A stretch of DNA of 63,975 nt, the filler included, from Octopus bimaculoides (Eukaryota), in assembly GCF_001194135.2 (NCBI RefSeq). It is 4 parts of 3 records of this genome, joined end to end, with 100 filler letters (N's around TTAATTAATTAA, not from the genome) between each part and the next. Parts side by side here need not be neighbours in the genome. Positions count along the whole stretch, not along the records: positions 59,312 to 63,975 come from NC_069001.1; 3 more parts are not named here. One strand, written 5' to 3'. Every line of letters begins with the position of its first letter. Positions within the stretch are counted from its first letter, which is position 1. The position numbers were made by a program, and so were the translations under genes. This document shows positions 63,565 to 63,975 of the stretch, piece by piece. The notes under the pieces are model-generated. The model ran no database searches and had not been told where the DNA came from. It saw only the letters and a list, made by a program, of their open reading frames with translations.

Positions 63565-63803
63565 ACAAAATAACTGATCAATGAATGACGGCAAGAAGGG
63601 GATGTGGTGGTGGTGGTAGTGGTGATTGTGGTGGTGACAGAGGGGGTGGGAGAGGGAACCGGAGCATAATGATGTGGATGGTGGGCATGGCGGGAGGGTG
63701 GGTGAGTCATTTGGAGTATTAAGAGAGATTAACAAAAGACATGGTAATTAAGCGCCATCTATCTGAGATAAGCACTCGAAAACTGACACCTTACACAGAA
63801 ACT

Positions 63804-63842
<39 letters not shown>

Positions 63843-63975
63843 CGGCAAGAATTAATAATCTCCTTACATGGCACTAGAGATAGAGGGGGAGAGAGAGAGA
63901 GAGAGGTGTAGAGGGTGGAAAGGTGGGGGGAGGAGTTGATCAGAGCTAAGGTGGGTGTGGAGTGGGGAATGGAGG

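Overview
AT-rich, microsatellite-saturated eukaryotic DNA with about 20 N-gaps (roughly 5.8 kb in total). The SINE families match octopus repeats as I remember them, so the source is probably a cephalopod (Octopus); this is inference, not a database match. I found no intact or recognisable host protein-coding gene, and most long ORFs in the track are artefacts of N-runs or microsatellites. The window is a transposon graveyard. It holds several tRNA-derived SINE families, often in head-to-tail arrays, and decayed non-LTR retrotransposons (R4/Dong, HERO-like, RTE-like). It also holds mariner, hAT, Merlin, Helitron and Helentron-like DNA elements, a candidate solo LTR and a tRNA-Asp pseudogene. 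The most interesting signal is a set of type I hammerhead-ribozyme-like motifs in short, mutually unrelated elements, several of them next to (TA)n tracts. The best are at 44185-44255 (-), 49848-49935 (-), 50935-51022 (+) and 17306-17342 (+), with decayed relics elsewhere. They suggest Penelope-like or retrozyme-like mobile RNAs, some with atypical cores. Other notable points: a CpG-eroded domain at about 4.7-17 kb (possible methylated gene body), a mariner derivative built from two 5' ends, and R4/Dong fragments joined directly to (TAA)n. All folds were done by eye and need computational and biochemical confirmation. Most repeat boundaries are approximate.
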